Shown here: positions 37,489-45,925 of the stretch, in pieces
How positions within the stretch are numbered: the first letter of the stretch is position 1
Layout of the letters: each line of letters begins with the position of its first letter
Source: an archaeon HR01
GTDB lineage: Archaea > Thermoproteota > Nitrososphaeria_A > Caldarchaeales > Caldarchaeaceae
Reading direction: 5' to 3'
Assembly: GCA_002898355.1 (NCBI GenBank)
Contig: BEHD01000009.1
Span: forward strand, 21,124 to 85,123
DNA length: 64,000 nt
The notes under the pieces: generated by a model
Databases searched by the model: none
What the model was told of the DNA's origin: nothing
What the model saw: only the letters and a program-made list of their open reading frames with translations
Program-made: the position numbers and the translations under genes

Positions 37489-38424
37489 TTGTACGCAATA
37501 GTTGCCGAGTCACTCGTCAAAACGTATGGTGGCGTACCTGCCCTTGATGGGGTGTCTTTTGAGGTGGATAGAGGTGAGGTCTTCGGCTTCCTAGGGCCGA
37601 ACGGTGCAGGAAAAACCACCACCATCAAGATTTTGACCACCCTCATAAAACCTACCGCAGGCCGGGCTGAGGTACTAGGATGCGACATCTACAGGATGGG
37701 GCATGAGATTAGGAGAAGGATAGGTGTGGTTCAGCAGCAGGAAAGCTACGAGCTAAACCTGAGTGTGGAGAAGGCCCTCGACCTCTATGGCTTCATCTGG
37801 GGCGTCCCCAGAAGTAGGAGGAGGGAGCTGGTGGATGAGCTTCTCATAAGATTCGGGCTGTCCGAAGTCAGGAAGGTTAAGGCTGGCGACCTGTCGATAG
37901 GTATGAGGAGGAGGCTTCAGGTGGCTCGGGAGTTCATGCATGACATGGAGCTTCTCTTCCTCGACGAACCCACTATAGGCCTTGACCCAATAGTCCGGCG
38001 TCAAACACTCGACTTCATCAAATCCAAGGCCAGGGAGGGGCTGACCATATTCTTCACAACCCACATCTTGGAGGAGGCCGAATACCTCTGCGACCGGATA
38101 GCGATGATAAATAGGGGAAGGATTGTGGTTGTTGACACACCAGACAATCTCAAGAGAGAGTTCGGAAAGATCAGGAAGGTGGAGATGAGGGCTAAACATT
38201 CTATCCCTGACGACTTTATCATGAGGCTGATGGCCGACAGCTCATTCGATAGGGTCTCCCGCATAGACCCCCAGACAGTCTCCGTGATATGTTCTACACC
38301 TGGCGAGGCGATAGCTCAGATGCTGAGGCTGGCCGATAAATTCAGGCTTGAAATCGTCAGCATATACGCTGCGGAGCCAACTCTTGAGGATGTATTCATA
38401 GGCATCATAACCAGTGATGCATGA
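37489..38424 (+). CDS. ABC-2 type exporter ATP-binding protein
   Basis: ORF track 311 aa. GPNGAGKTT, LSIGMRRRLQVA, LFLDEPTIGLD. Confidence 0.85.
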   Translation: MYAIVAESLVKTYGGVPALDGVSFEVDRGEVFGFLGPNGAGKTTTIKILTTLIKPTAGRAEVLGCDIYRMGHEIRRRIGVVQQQESYELNLSVEKALDLYGFIWGVPRSRRRELVDELLIRFGLSEVRKVKAGDLSIGMRRRLQVAREFMHDMELLFLDEPTIGLDPIVRRQTLDFIKSKAREGLTIFFTTHILEEAEYLCDRIAMINRGRIVVVDTPDNLKREFGKIRKVEMRAKHSIPDDFIMRLMADSSFDRVSRIDPQTVSVICSTPGEAIAQMLRLADKFRLEIVSIYAAEPTLEDVFIGIITSDA

Positions 38425-39182
38425 TGCGTAACATATTCAGGCTGGCCTACAGGGCTTTCGTAAGCTCGCTAGACAAGCCAACTCTCTTCTTCATCCTGAT
38501 ATTCCCAGCATTCCTAATCTTCGTGATGGGTTATGCCTACAGCGGTATAATACCCTCGTTCATGTTGGGCGGCGAAACCATTAGCTACCCAGTCTTCCTA
38601 GCCTCAGGAGCGGTAACCCTAGTGGTTGTCAACAGCGGAATGACCGTCGGCACCATCATATGGTTTGACAGAAAATACGGGATGTATGAGCAGATATTGG
38701 TGGGGCCTTTCAGAAGATACGAGTATATGGCAGGCATCATCCTAGCGACTATCTTGGTCAGCCTTCTAAGCGCTGGACTGGCCCTAACCATAGCTTCGCC
38801 GGTTTTAGCAGGCACCCCAGTCACCCTTCCAGGCCTCCTCTATGCGGGGTTGACGCTGGCCGTAGGCTCGGTCCTATTCGGCTCTCTAGCCCTTATAATA
38901 TCCATACATCTCAGGTCGAGTGAGTCCTTCAACGTAGTCAGCAACTTCATCTTCTTCACCATTCTCTTCACGAGCAGTGTCTTCTACCCAGCAGAGTATG
39001 CGCCACAACCCATCAAGCTGGTCGCAGAGCTAAACCCACTAACATATCTGGCGGATGCTTTCAGGGCTGGCCTGCTAGGCATAGCGGATTCCAACATACT
39101 GTTTAAAACTGGAATCCTGATGGCTGAGGGATTCGCCCTCCTAGCTGTGGCTTCTCTAATGTTTTCGGATATAAAGGCTTAG
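38421..39182 (+). CDS. ABC-2 type exporter permease
   Basis: ORF track 253 aa, six hydrophobic segments. ATGA overlap with the ATPase gene. Confidence 0.8.
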   Translation: MMRNIFRLAYRAFVSSLDKPTLFFILIFPAFLIFVMGYAYSGIIPSFMLGGETISYPVFLASGAVTLVVVNSGMTVGTIIWFDRKYGMYEQILVGPFRRYEYMAGIILATILVSLLSAGLALTIASPVLAGTPVTLPGLLYAGLTLAVGSVLFGSLALIISIHLRSSESFNVVSNFIFFTILFTSSVFYPAEYAPQPIKLVAELNPLTYLADAFRAGLLGIADSNILFKTGILMAEGFALLAVASLMFSDIKA

Positions 39183-39219
39183 AAGACTTTTAAGCATCCC
39201 CCAAAGTAATACTGTCAAG

Positions 39220-39795
39220 TTGTGGTCCGATACAAAGGTTAGGGATGTGGTTCGCACACCACTCATCACCGTGAATGTCTCAGATAATGTTAGATATGTT
39301 GCGAAGGTTATGGTGGAGAAGAACATCAGCGGGGTGTTGGTGGTGGATTCTGGGAAGCCTGTGGGCATCGTGACCGAGAGGGATTTGGTGGCTAAAATTC
39401 TGGCCAGTGATAAAGCTCCTGAAAATATAAAGGCCGGAGACATCATGAGCACGCCCCTTATAACAGTCGATATAGATAAACCGCTGAGCGAGGCTGTGGA
39501 CCTCATGAACAGGAAAAAAGTCAGGAGGCTGCTAGTCACTGAGCAGGGCAAAGTTGTGGGAATCTTTACGCAGCGAGATGTTCTAGCACTTGAACGTGTA
39601 TGTGGATACTGTATAAAACCCATAAAGCCCCGTCTCGTGTCAAGACCGGAAGAGGGAGAAATAACCGTCACATGCTCATGCGGGGTGATCTACCATCTCG
39701 ACTGTGCGAAAACGGTTGGGTACTGTCTTAACTGCGCACAGAAGATAGTTGCGGAGATAATCTATCCAAGGCCGGAAGATACCGCCAGCGGCTAG
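39220..39795 (+). CDS. CBS-pair protein with C-terminal C4HC3 cross-brace-like zinc finger
   Basis: ORF track 191 aa. Two CBS motifs (ISGVLVVD..GIVTERDL; VRRLLVTE..GIFTQRDV). Then C-x2-C-x20-C-x-C-x4-H-x2-C-x6-C-x2-C. Confidence 0.75.
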   Translation: MWSDTKVRDVVRTPLITVNVSDNVRYVAKVMVEKNISGVLVVDSGKPVGIVTERDLVAKILASDKAPENIKAGDIMSTPLITVDIDKPLSEAVDLMNRKKVRRLLVTEQGKVVGIFTQRDVLALERVCGYCIKPIKPRLVSRPEEGEITVTCSCGVIYHLDCAKTVGYCLNCAQKIVAEIIYPRPEDTASG

Positions 39796-39838
39796 CGATG
39801 GAAAAAGGTTTTTGAGAATCGATGAACCAAAACCGCAT

Positions 39839-40789
39839 ATGTCCAAGCCTTACGTCCTCTCATATTTCCAGCTGGACCCAGTCTCCGAGGCTATTCTAGG
39901 GGAGGTGGCAGAGCTATACTACAGTGGGATAGAGCGTCTTGAAGACATCCTCCCACTGGTCTCGGCTGTGATATGTATCGACCTACCTCTCGACCACCTT
40001 GCAAGGATGAAGGGTCTTAAAATGATACAATCCCTCTCGGCAGGTGTTGACACCCTACCCTGGAGTCACATAGGTGAGGATATTACCGTCTGCGGTAACA
40101 TGGGCTCCAACGCGGAATCGGTGGCTGAGCATACATGGGCCCTGATACTCGCCCTAGCCAGACGGCTGCATCACTACCTACCACAGGTAAAGGCTGGGGA
40201 CTTTAGGAGAAACCATGAAAACATCATACTATCCGGTAAGACTCTCGGTGTTATAGGCCTCGGCTCGATAGGTAGGCGGGTCGCCGATGTGGGCAAGGCG
40301 TTCGGCATGCGGGTGATGGGCGTGACTAGGAGCGGCAGAAGCGACTACCCATGCGATTTCGTAGGCGGGGAGAAAGACCTCGAACATGTCCTGAGAGAAA
40401 GCGACGTAGTGGTGGTTGCCACACCACTCACCAAGTGGACTAGGGGGATGATAAACCTTGAGAGGCTACGGATGCTGAAGCCTGGCAGCATATTGGTGAA
40501 CGTGGGTAGGGCTGAGGTTATTGTTAGGGAGCATCTTATGGCCTACCTCTCTGAAAAACCCGAAGCCAACATAGCCACTGACGTATGGTGGAGTATGGAG
40601 GGAGGCCAACCCTCCGAGAAGGAGCTTATACGGTTCACCAACTTCGTAGGGACGCCGTGGGTTGCCGGGGCGTTCGGCTCGAAGGAGGTCTTCACGAGGA
40701 TGTGTAGGATGGCCGCAGAAAATGTTGCAAGGTTTCTGAGGGGTGAGAAGCCTCACAACATCATAGACCGTTCTGACTATATATCCTGA
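39839..40789 (+). CDS. D-isomer-specific 2-hydroxyacid dehydrogenase family protein
   Basis: ORF track 39812..40789; ATG 39839. GVIGLGSIGRRVA Rossmann motif and catalytic R/E/H region (NVGRAEV .. GTPWVAG). Confidence 0.8.
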   Translation: MSKPYVLSYFQLDPVSEAILGEVAELYYSGIERLEDILPLVSAVICIDLPLDHLARMKGLKMIQSLSAGVDTLPWSHIGEDITVCGNMGSNAESVAEHTWALILALARRLHHYLPQVKAGDFRRNHENIILSGKTLGVIGLGSIGRRVADVGKAFGMRVMGVTRSGRSDYPCDFVGGEKDLEHVLRESDVVVVATPLTKWTRGMINLERLRMLKPGSILVNVGRAEVIVREHLMAYLSEKPEANIATDVWWSMEGGQPSEKELIRFTNFVGTPWVAGAFGSKEVFTRMCRMAAENVARFLRGEKPHNIIDRSDYIS

Positions 40790-41450
40790 CGACCTTACCG
40801 CTGCAGAATCGTGTAACATACTCTATCACGGTCTCAGATGCTTTATCCAGAACCTCAGCATTCACCCTAGGAGCACCGCAGACCATTATGAGTGTGTTAA
40901 CGGTCTTTCCAGTCACCTTGGTGAAGTCAGCGTCTCGGTATGGATAGATGGCTATGAGCTTCTCTCCATCCTCTACAACCAGCTCACGCCCCGTCAGATG
41001 ATATGGGTTATCCATCCCAATCCCCATGAAAGTCTCCCTAGGCCTAGACCATCTCATGGTGAGGCTGTCGCCGAGAAGGTCGAGGTCGAAGGCGGCCACA
41101 GGTATCAGCGTCAGAACAGAGGCTATGTTGTAGGCGTCCACTAGGGTGTTAACCCTGGGAAAGGGTTTGCCCTGCAATATCCTCCGCAGAAGCGCCTCAG
41201 CTGAGGGCCTGGTCTTGGTGGGGTCTAATCCTATCCTCCAGAAGAAATCCCTGTAATACCTCACCAGCTCCACATCTTTCAAATCCTCCAGCCGGTAGCT
41301 CCTCCTAACCTGCTGCACAACTGACTCCAGCGTTGATATGAGGTCGGGGCTGTCGTCCCTCTCCCTAACGTTTACACCATATATCACCGCCAGCCTAACA
41401 TCGAGGTCTGGAAACTCCGCCTTAACATCCCCGGAAATCCTAAGCCACAC
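40761..41450 (-). CDS. Stand-alone B3/B4 (PheRS-beta-like tRNA-binding) domain protein
   Basis: ORF track 229 aa. PSAEALLRRILQGKPFPRVNTLVDAYNIASVLTLIPVAAFDLD resembles the PF03483 core. Confidence 0.6.
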   Translation of the reverse strand: MWLRISGDVKAEFPDLDVRLAVIYGVNVRERDDSPDLISTLESVVQQVRRSYRLEDLKDVELVRYYRDFFWRIGLDPTKTRPSAEALLRRILQGKPFPRVNTLVDAYNIASVLTLIPVAAFDLDLLGDSLTMRWSRPRETFMGIGMDNPYHLTGRELVVEDGEKLIAIYPYRDADFTKVTGKTVNTLIMVCGAPRVNAEVLDKASETVIEYVTRFCSGKVVRIYSQNGL

Positions 41451-41482
41451 AGCTTAGACCGAAACGGTGGCGGATAAGTTTT

Positions 41483-42112
41483 TCAACGGCCAAGGAGGCT
41501 GTACACCGCCTCATAATATCTCTCCACAGGCATCTCAGGCGTGAGTATGTAGCGGAGGACTAGCTCTCGATCTGCCACATAGACGACAGCCGAATGGGAT
41601 ACAAAATAGTTGTTAGTCGTGGCTGGGGGCTGGACGTCTCCAGACACCACATGATATCTCAGCCAAACATCCTTAAGCTCCTCCCAATCCCCAGTCAAAG
41701 CTACTATACGCCCACCATAGCGGCTCACCAACTCTTTAAGAGCCCTAGGATTATCCCTCGAGGGATCAGTGGTAACAAATATCATAACCACCTCCCCTGC
41801 CTTCTCTCCCAACATCTTATCCAACACCGCATATTTTGACAGCACCTCGGGACATAAGTCGGGGCAGCTGGCATAGCCGAAGAAAATGAGTACAACCCGC
41901 CCTCGTGCTGTGTGGAGGCTGAACTCTCTGAGGTCTTGATCTATGAGGGTGAAGTCTGGGAGAGCCATGCCGCTGGCTAGGACTGGCACCCCATATGATG
42001 CAGAGTTTTGGGCTTGGGAGCTGAAATAGAGATAGGAAATGGCGAAAACCGAGGCTATCAAAAAGGTGAGCAGGCTAGCCTTTCTTAGACCTGTCTGCCA
42101 CATACAAGACAC
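41483..42112 (-). CDS. SCO1/SenC-family copper chaperone (thioredoxin fold)
   Basis: ORF track 209 aa. N-terminal anchor and FFGYASCPDLCP (CxxxC) motif. Overlaps the 3' end of the NirK-like gene. Confidence 0.8.
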   Translation of the reverse strand: MSCMWQTGLRKASLLTFLIASVFAISYLYFSSQAQNSASYGVPVLASGMALPDFTLIDQDLREFSLHTARGRVVLIFFGYASCPDLCPEVLSKYAVLDKMLGEKAGEVVMIFVTTDPSRDNPRALKELVSRYGGRIVALTGDWEELKDVWLRYHVVSGDVQPPATTNNYFVSHSAVVYVADRELVLRYILTPEMPVERYYEAVYSLLGR

Positions 42113-43508
42113 CGATTAAGACGCCGAGACCGATGAGGAAGGCCAGCAATCCAGTAATATCTAATGAGAGCCCTCCGAATCCTCCTCCTTCAGGCTTGTA
42201 GACTATGATCGTACCTTTCATATATGGGTGAATGCCACAGACATAGTTGTATACGCCCTCTCGGTCGAAGGCGAAGTTGAAATATTCTGCGTTTTTGAGG
42301 AGGGGTGATGCAAAGCTGGCCGGCCCTTCAATCGCTGCTATGTTATGCTGGCCTGTAACCTCTCCGGCTCCGATGCTTAAGACATCCTCGTTGACCCATG
42401 TAACAGTCGAGCCGACCGGTATCTTGGCGATCTTAGGATAGTAGCTATTCCCCACTATCTGTATTGTTATCTTTTCTCCAGGTAGGAATATCTTGATGTC
42501 TTCATCTCCCACAGGCTCGAAGGGAGCCACCACCCTCTTGGGGTTTACAGGTATTGGGAGAGCCTTCCCCTGTGGATTGATGAATGGTGTTCTCTCTCCG
42601 TCCGCAGAGGATGATACCACCCCTACGGCACCCTTTATCGCCTGTGTTCCGAAGGCATGGGATACAAATAGAAAGCTCCCCTCAGAAGGCACCCTCCACT
42701 CTATTACGTAGGAGTCGGTAGGGCCGACCGTAACAGTCTGCAGGCCCTTCTCCACATTATCTGGGTTGCCGCCATGATATACATACTCCCATATGCCCCC
42801 AACAACATGGAAGCTGGAGGTCAGGCTTGGCCCAACATTGAGGAAGTAAAAGCGTATGTAGTCGCCTGGTCTTGCCAGTATGGGCTCGCTCAAATATCTA
42901 AAAACGCCCCCGTTAAACATGACGTATATCGGCTTGCCATCATAGAAATCTCTCCCGTTGGCGTAGAGTTCATGCTGTATGATGTAGGCCCTGATATCCG
43001 GCTCCCTCCCCAGCTCCTCCTCAAGCCTATACTTCTGGTGTTTAGGCTCGACAACCACCATGCCATACATTCCAGAAAGTGTGTGGGTTAATATGCCATG
43101 CCCTCCGGGGGCGCAGTGATACATGTAAACACCTGGGAAGTCTGCCTTAAACACAAGCCTGCCCTCCTTGCCGGGAGCTATGTTGCCTACAAACTTGGAT
43201 GTCTGGGTGTTGGCTGCATGGAATGAGAGGCCGTGGGTGTATTTCCCCTCATTTCTCACAACTATCTCAACTACATCCCCCTCCTCAACGATTATAAGGG
43301 GGCCGGGCATAGTCCCATTAAACGTGAACGCCCTAAACACCACACCCTCATCAATAACCACATCATTTTCAGCCGCTATAAGCAGAAAGGTTTTGTTAGG
43401 CTTTGCATCAGGCGGCGGATTACCGGGAACGGGGGCGTAGACTATCTGCGCAGACGCAGATGCCAGTGTGGCGACTAGAACAAATACGAGAGAAAGTGTT
43501 TTCAACAT
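42075..43508 (-). CDS. Copper-containing nitrite reductase (NirK)-like multicopper protein fused to a C-terminal amicyanin-like cupredoxin and a membrane anchor
   Basis: ORF track 477 aa. Signal peptide; HGLSFHAA (T1/T2 His pair); YMYHCAPGGHGILTHTLSGMYG (His-Cys..His..Met). The C-terminal domain has GQHN..CGIHPYM (C-x2-H-x2-M) and is followed by a TM helix LLAFLIGLGVLIGVLYV. Confidence 0.7.
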   Translation of the reverse strand: MLKTLSLVFVLVATLASASAQIVYAPVPGNPPPDAKPNKTFLLIAAENDVVIDEGVVFRAFTFNGTMPGPLIIVEEGDVVEIVVRNEGKYTHGLSFHAANTQTSKFVGNIAPGKEGRLVFKADFPGVYMYHCAPGGHGILTHTLSGMYGMVVVEPKHQKYRLEEELGREPDIRAYIIQHELYANGRDFYDGKPIYVMFNGGVFRYLSEPILARPGDYIRFYFLNVGPSLTSSFHVVGGIWEYVYHGGNPDNVEKGLQTVTVGPTDSYVIEWRVPSEGSFLFVSHAFGTQAIKGAVGVVSSSADGERTPFINPQGKALPIPVNPKRVVAPFEPVGDEDIKIFLPGEKITIQIVGNSYYPKIAKIPVGSTVTWVNEDVLSIGAGEVTGQHNIAAIEGPASFASPLLKNAEYFNFAFDREGVYNYVCGIHPYMKGTIIVYKPEGGGFGGLSLDITGLLAFLIGLGVLIGVLYVADRSKKG

Positions 43509-43555
43509 TGTCCCTTCACGTATTCAAGAGGGTGTTACAGCCCGAAAAACTATGT

Positions 43556-43572
43556 ATGCAACACCGTTGCAT
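43556..43572. promoter_or_regulatory. Perfect 7-3-7 inverted repeat in the nirK-like / regulator divergent intergenic region
   Basis: ATGCAAC-ACC-GTTGCAT. It lies about 48 nt from the nirK-like start and about 10 nt upstream of an ATAATTTAAAG TATA-like box facing the HTH gene. Confidence 0.35.
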
Positions 43573-43650
43573 CTTCCACCATAATTTAAAGCTATACGGG
43601 ACATCGTTTCATCCATCTGTTATTAACCTTCAAGCCAGCAACATCTCTTG

Positions 43651-44310
43651 ATGGACTACACTTTTTTAGTCTGGGATGTGGTTAGGATGCTTGGTAGCAT
43701 GGCTGGCCAACCTCACATAGTTATGGTATTGGTTAGAAACAGCACGTGCAAGGTGGTGGAGCTTCTAGCCTCAAAAAAGATCGAGGGAATATTTAGAAAT
43801 GTTAGGGTCGGTGAAACGGTTTCCAGCCATCTAATTCAGCTCTCCGGCCGTTTAGAGCTGTCTGAAGTTAACAGGCTGGGTTTAGAGGCGTATCTGATAG
43901 GGCGTAGCTTTTTATGGGTTGATGCGCCCAGCTGCAAAGCCTGCAAGATACTTTCACGAACACCAGCTATACCTCGAAGTATAATATATCTGAAAGGCGT
44001 AGGTGTTGTCTTCTCTTTTCTCACCCCCGGCCAGATAGCCACCAAGAAGATTATAGCTATGCTGAGAGATGCGGGATTGGATGTGGAGGTGTTAAATAAA
44101 ACGGTTCTCGACCTAAAACGGATGCTGACTAGAAGGCAGACCGAAGTGCTGCTGGCCGCTGTCGAGATGAATTATTTCAACGAGCCTAGACAAGTAAGTC
44201 TTGCGGATATAGCGGAAAGGCTTGGACTGGCTAAATCTACGATATCACGCCATCTCAGGGCCGCCATGAAGAAGTTGGCGATAGATCAGTCTCTAAGGCC
44301 GATAGGCTAG
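43651..44310 (+). CDS. HTH_10 (Bat/halobacterial-type) transcriptional regulator
   Basis: ORF track 43648..44310. C-terminal LTRRQTEVLLAAVEMNYFNEPRQVSLADIAERLGLAKSTISRHLRAAMKKL. Confidence 0.7.
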   Translation: MDYTFLVWDVVRMLGSMAGQPHIVMVLVRNSTCKVVELLASKKIEGIFRNVRVGETVSSHLIQLSGRLELSEVNRLGLEAYLIGRSFLWVDAPSCKACKILSRTPAIPRSIIYLKGVGVVFSFLTPGQIATKKIIAMLRDAGLDVEVLNKTVLDLKRMLTRRQTEVLLAAVEMNYFNEPRQVSLADIAERLGLAKSTISRHLRAAMKKLAIDQSLRPIG

Positions 44311-44813
44311 AAACTTATGGGCTGGCCGTAGCGGTTAAGATATGCCACCTGCTCTAGTGGAAGCCTGTTCTTCCTACCGAGGATTTTTCTGGCTGGGTAT
44401 CCGAAGCCTATAACCCCGGAAATACTATACTCCGACGGGATGTTGAAGGTCTGCCGCATCCTCTTCTCATCGTATCCTGTGTAGATACGTGAGCCGACAC
44501 CCCTATTCCAGGCCGCCAGCTGCATATGTGTTATAGCTCTCCCCGCATCCAAGAGATGCCAAGGATACTTGGTTGACGTGAGGACTATTATGGCGAAGTC
44601 GCAGTCCTTCACCCACTTCCCTGTCATGCTTATGTCCGCCAACGTCTTCAGATCCTCACCATTATCCACCAGTATGAAACGCCAGTGCTGGCTATTCATG
44701 CCGCTTGGTGCCAGTCTACCGGCCTCCAGTATCTCCTTCTTCACCTCGGCAGGGACATGCCTCTTCTCAAACTCCTTAATCTCCAGCCTTGTCTTCAACG
44801 CCTCGAAGACATC
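44307..44813 (-). CDS. Nitroreductase-family flavoprotein
   Basis: ORF track 44307..44876; ATG 44813 (MDVFEALKTR) preferred. RLAPSGMNSQHWRF motif. Confidence 0.8.
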   Translation of the reverse strand, partial: DVFEALKTRLEIKEFEKRHVPAEVKKEILEAGRLAPSGMNSQHWRFILVDNGEDLKTLADISMTGKWVKDCDFAIIVLTSTKYPWHLLDAGRAITHMQLAAWNRGVGSRIYTGYDEKRMRQTFNIPSEYSISGVIGFGYPARKILGRKNRLPLEQVAYLNRYGQPISF

Positions 44814-45001
44814 CATGGCTCTACCCCAGCCACGCCTTTTAAAAACTTTTTCATACAACAACACAGCCGTCCTCAAGTCATGTTGCGCTGTAGGCGTATT
44901 CCTCTTCTCCGGGATATGGATGACTAGGCTGGAGTGTGGACGTCCTATGGTGGGGATGGCCGGACATGCCCTTATAAGGGTATCTAGACTCTAGCATAGG
45001 T

Positions 45002-45925
45002 ATGGTTGTGAAAGATTTGGAGCTCGGTGCGGGAATGCCGGTCCGGAAACTGTTGGAGATGATGGGTGAGATGGGTGGTTTCATGGGCCCCCACCTATCA
45101 AAATCTTACCAGACCCTTCTGGAGATGTTGAGGGATGGTGAATGCCTCCGCATAATCTCCTTCACAGGAAATATCGTCTCCACAGGGTTGCGGGGGGTAC
45201 TGGCGGACATGGCTAGGCGGAGGCTTTTCAACCTATTCATAACCACCTGCGGTGCACTCGACCACGACCTAGCGAGGAGCAGGGCCGGATACGAGGCAGG
45301 AAGCTTCGACTCTGACGATTACGAGCTGGCTGAGAGGAATATCCACAGGCTGGGAAACGTGTGGATAAGCTCCAAGAGCTACGGTTCAGTGATAGAGTCT
45401 GAGATGCGTAGGCTCTGTGGGGAGCTGGAGGGGCCGGTATCCACCTACGAGCTATGCTGGAGGCTTGGCGAGAGGATAGACTCGGACAGCTCATTCCTAA
45501 CATGGTGCTGGCGTAACAAGATTCCTGTTGTGGTGCCTGGAATAGTGGATGGGGCTGTGGGGTATCAGCTCTGGCTAAACATGCAGGGTAGGAAGTTCTA
45601 CATAGACTTGATGAAGGACGAGTCACTCCTCAACGAGCTTATGTGGAGTCATACGAGGAAAGGCGGCCTAGTGCTTGGCGGCGGCATCTCCAAGCACCAC
45701 CTCCTCTGGTGGGCCCAGTTCGGCGGTGAAGGGCTGGACTACGCCATCTACATCTCCACAGCGGACGAGTATGACGGAAGCCTAAGCGGCGCAAGACCCA
45801 GAGAGGCGATAACCTGGCATAAGGTATCGGCTAAGGCTAAACATGTATTCGTCAAGGCAGACGCCACGCTAGCCCTGCCCTTCCTCTATCTGGCAACGCT
45901 GGAAGCCCTAGCTGAAAACCCATGA
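45002..45925 (+). CDS. Deoxyhypusine synthase family protein, paralog 1 (eukaryote-like C-terminal signature)
   Basis: ORF track 307 aa. GGGISKHH .. [30 protein letters not shown] closely parallels, from memory, human DHS GGGVVKHH .. [30 protein letters not shown]. The Lys equivalent to the catalytic Lys is retained. Confidence 0.8.
   Translation: [307 protein letters not shown]

Noticed and set aside
39156-39671. Long antisense ORFs inside well-supported genes (e.g. 39156..39671, 6416..7045, 6973..7590, 17213..17809, 55514..56095, 57304..57843, 51954..52505, 16585..17052, 28868..29410)
   Set aside because: They are Ser/Arg/Pro/Thr-rich, have no recognisable motifs, and each lies opposite a gene with strong family signatures. 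These are typical shadow ORFs of GC-moderate coding DNA.
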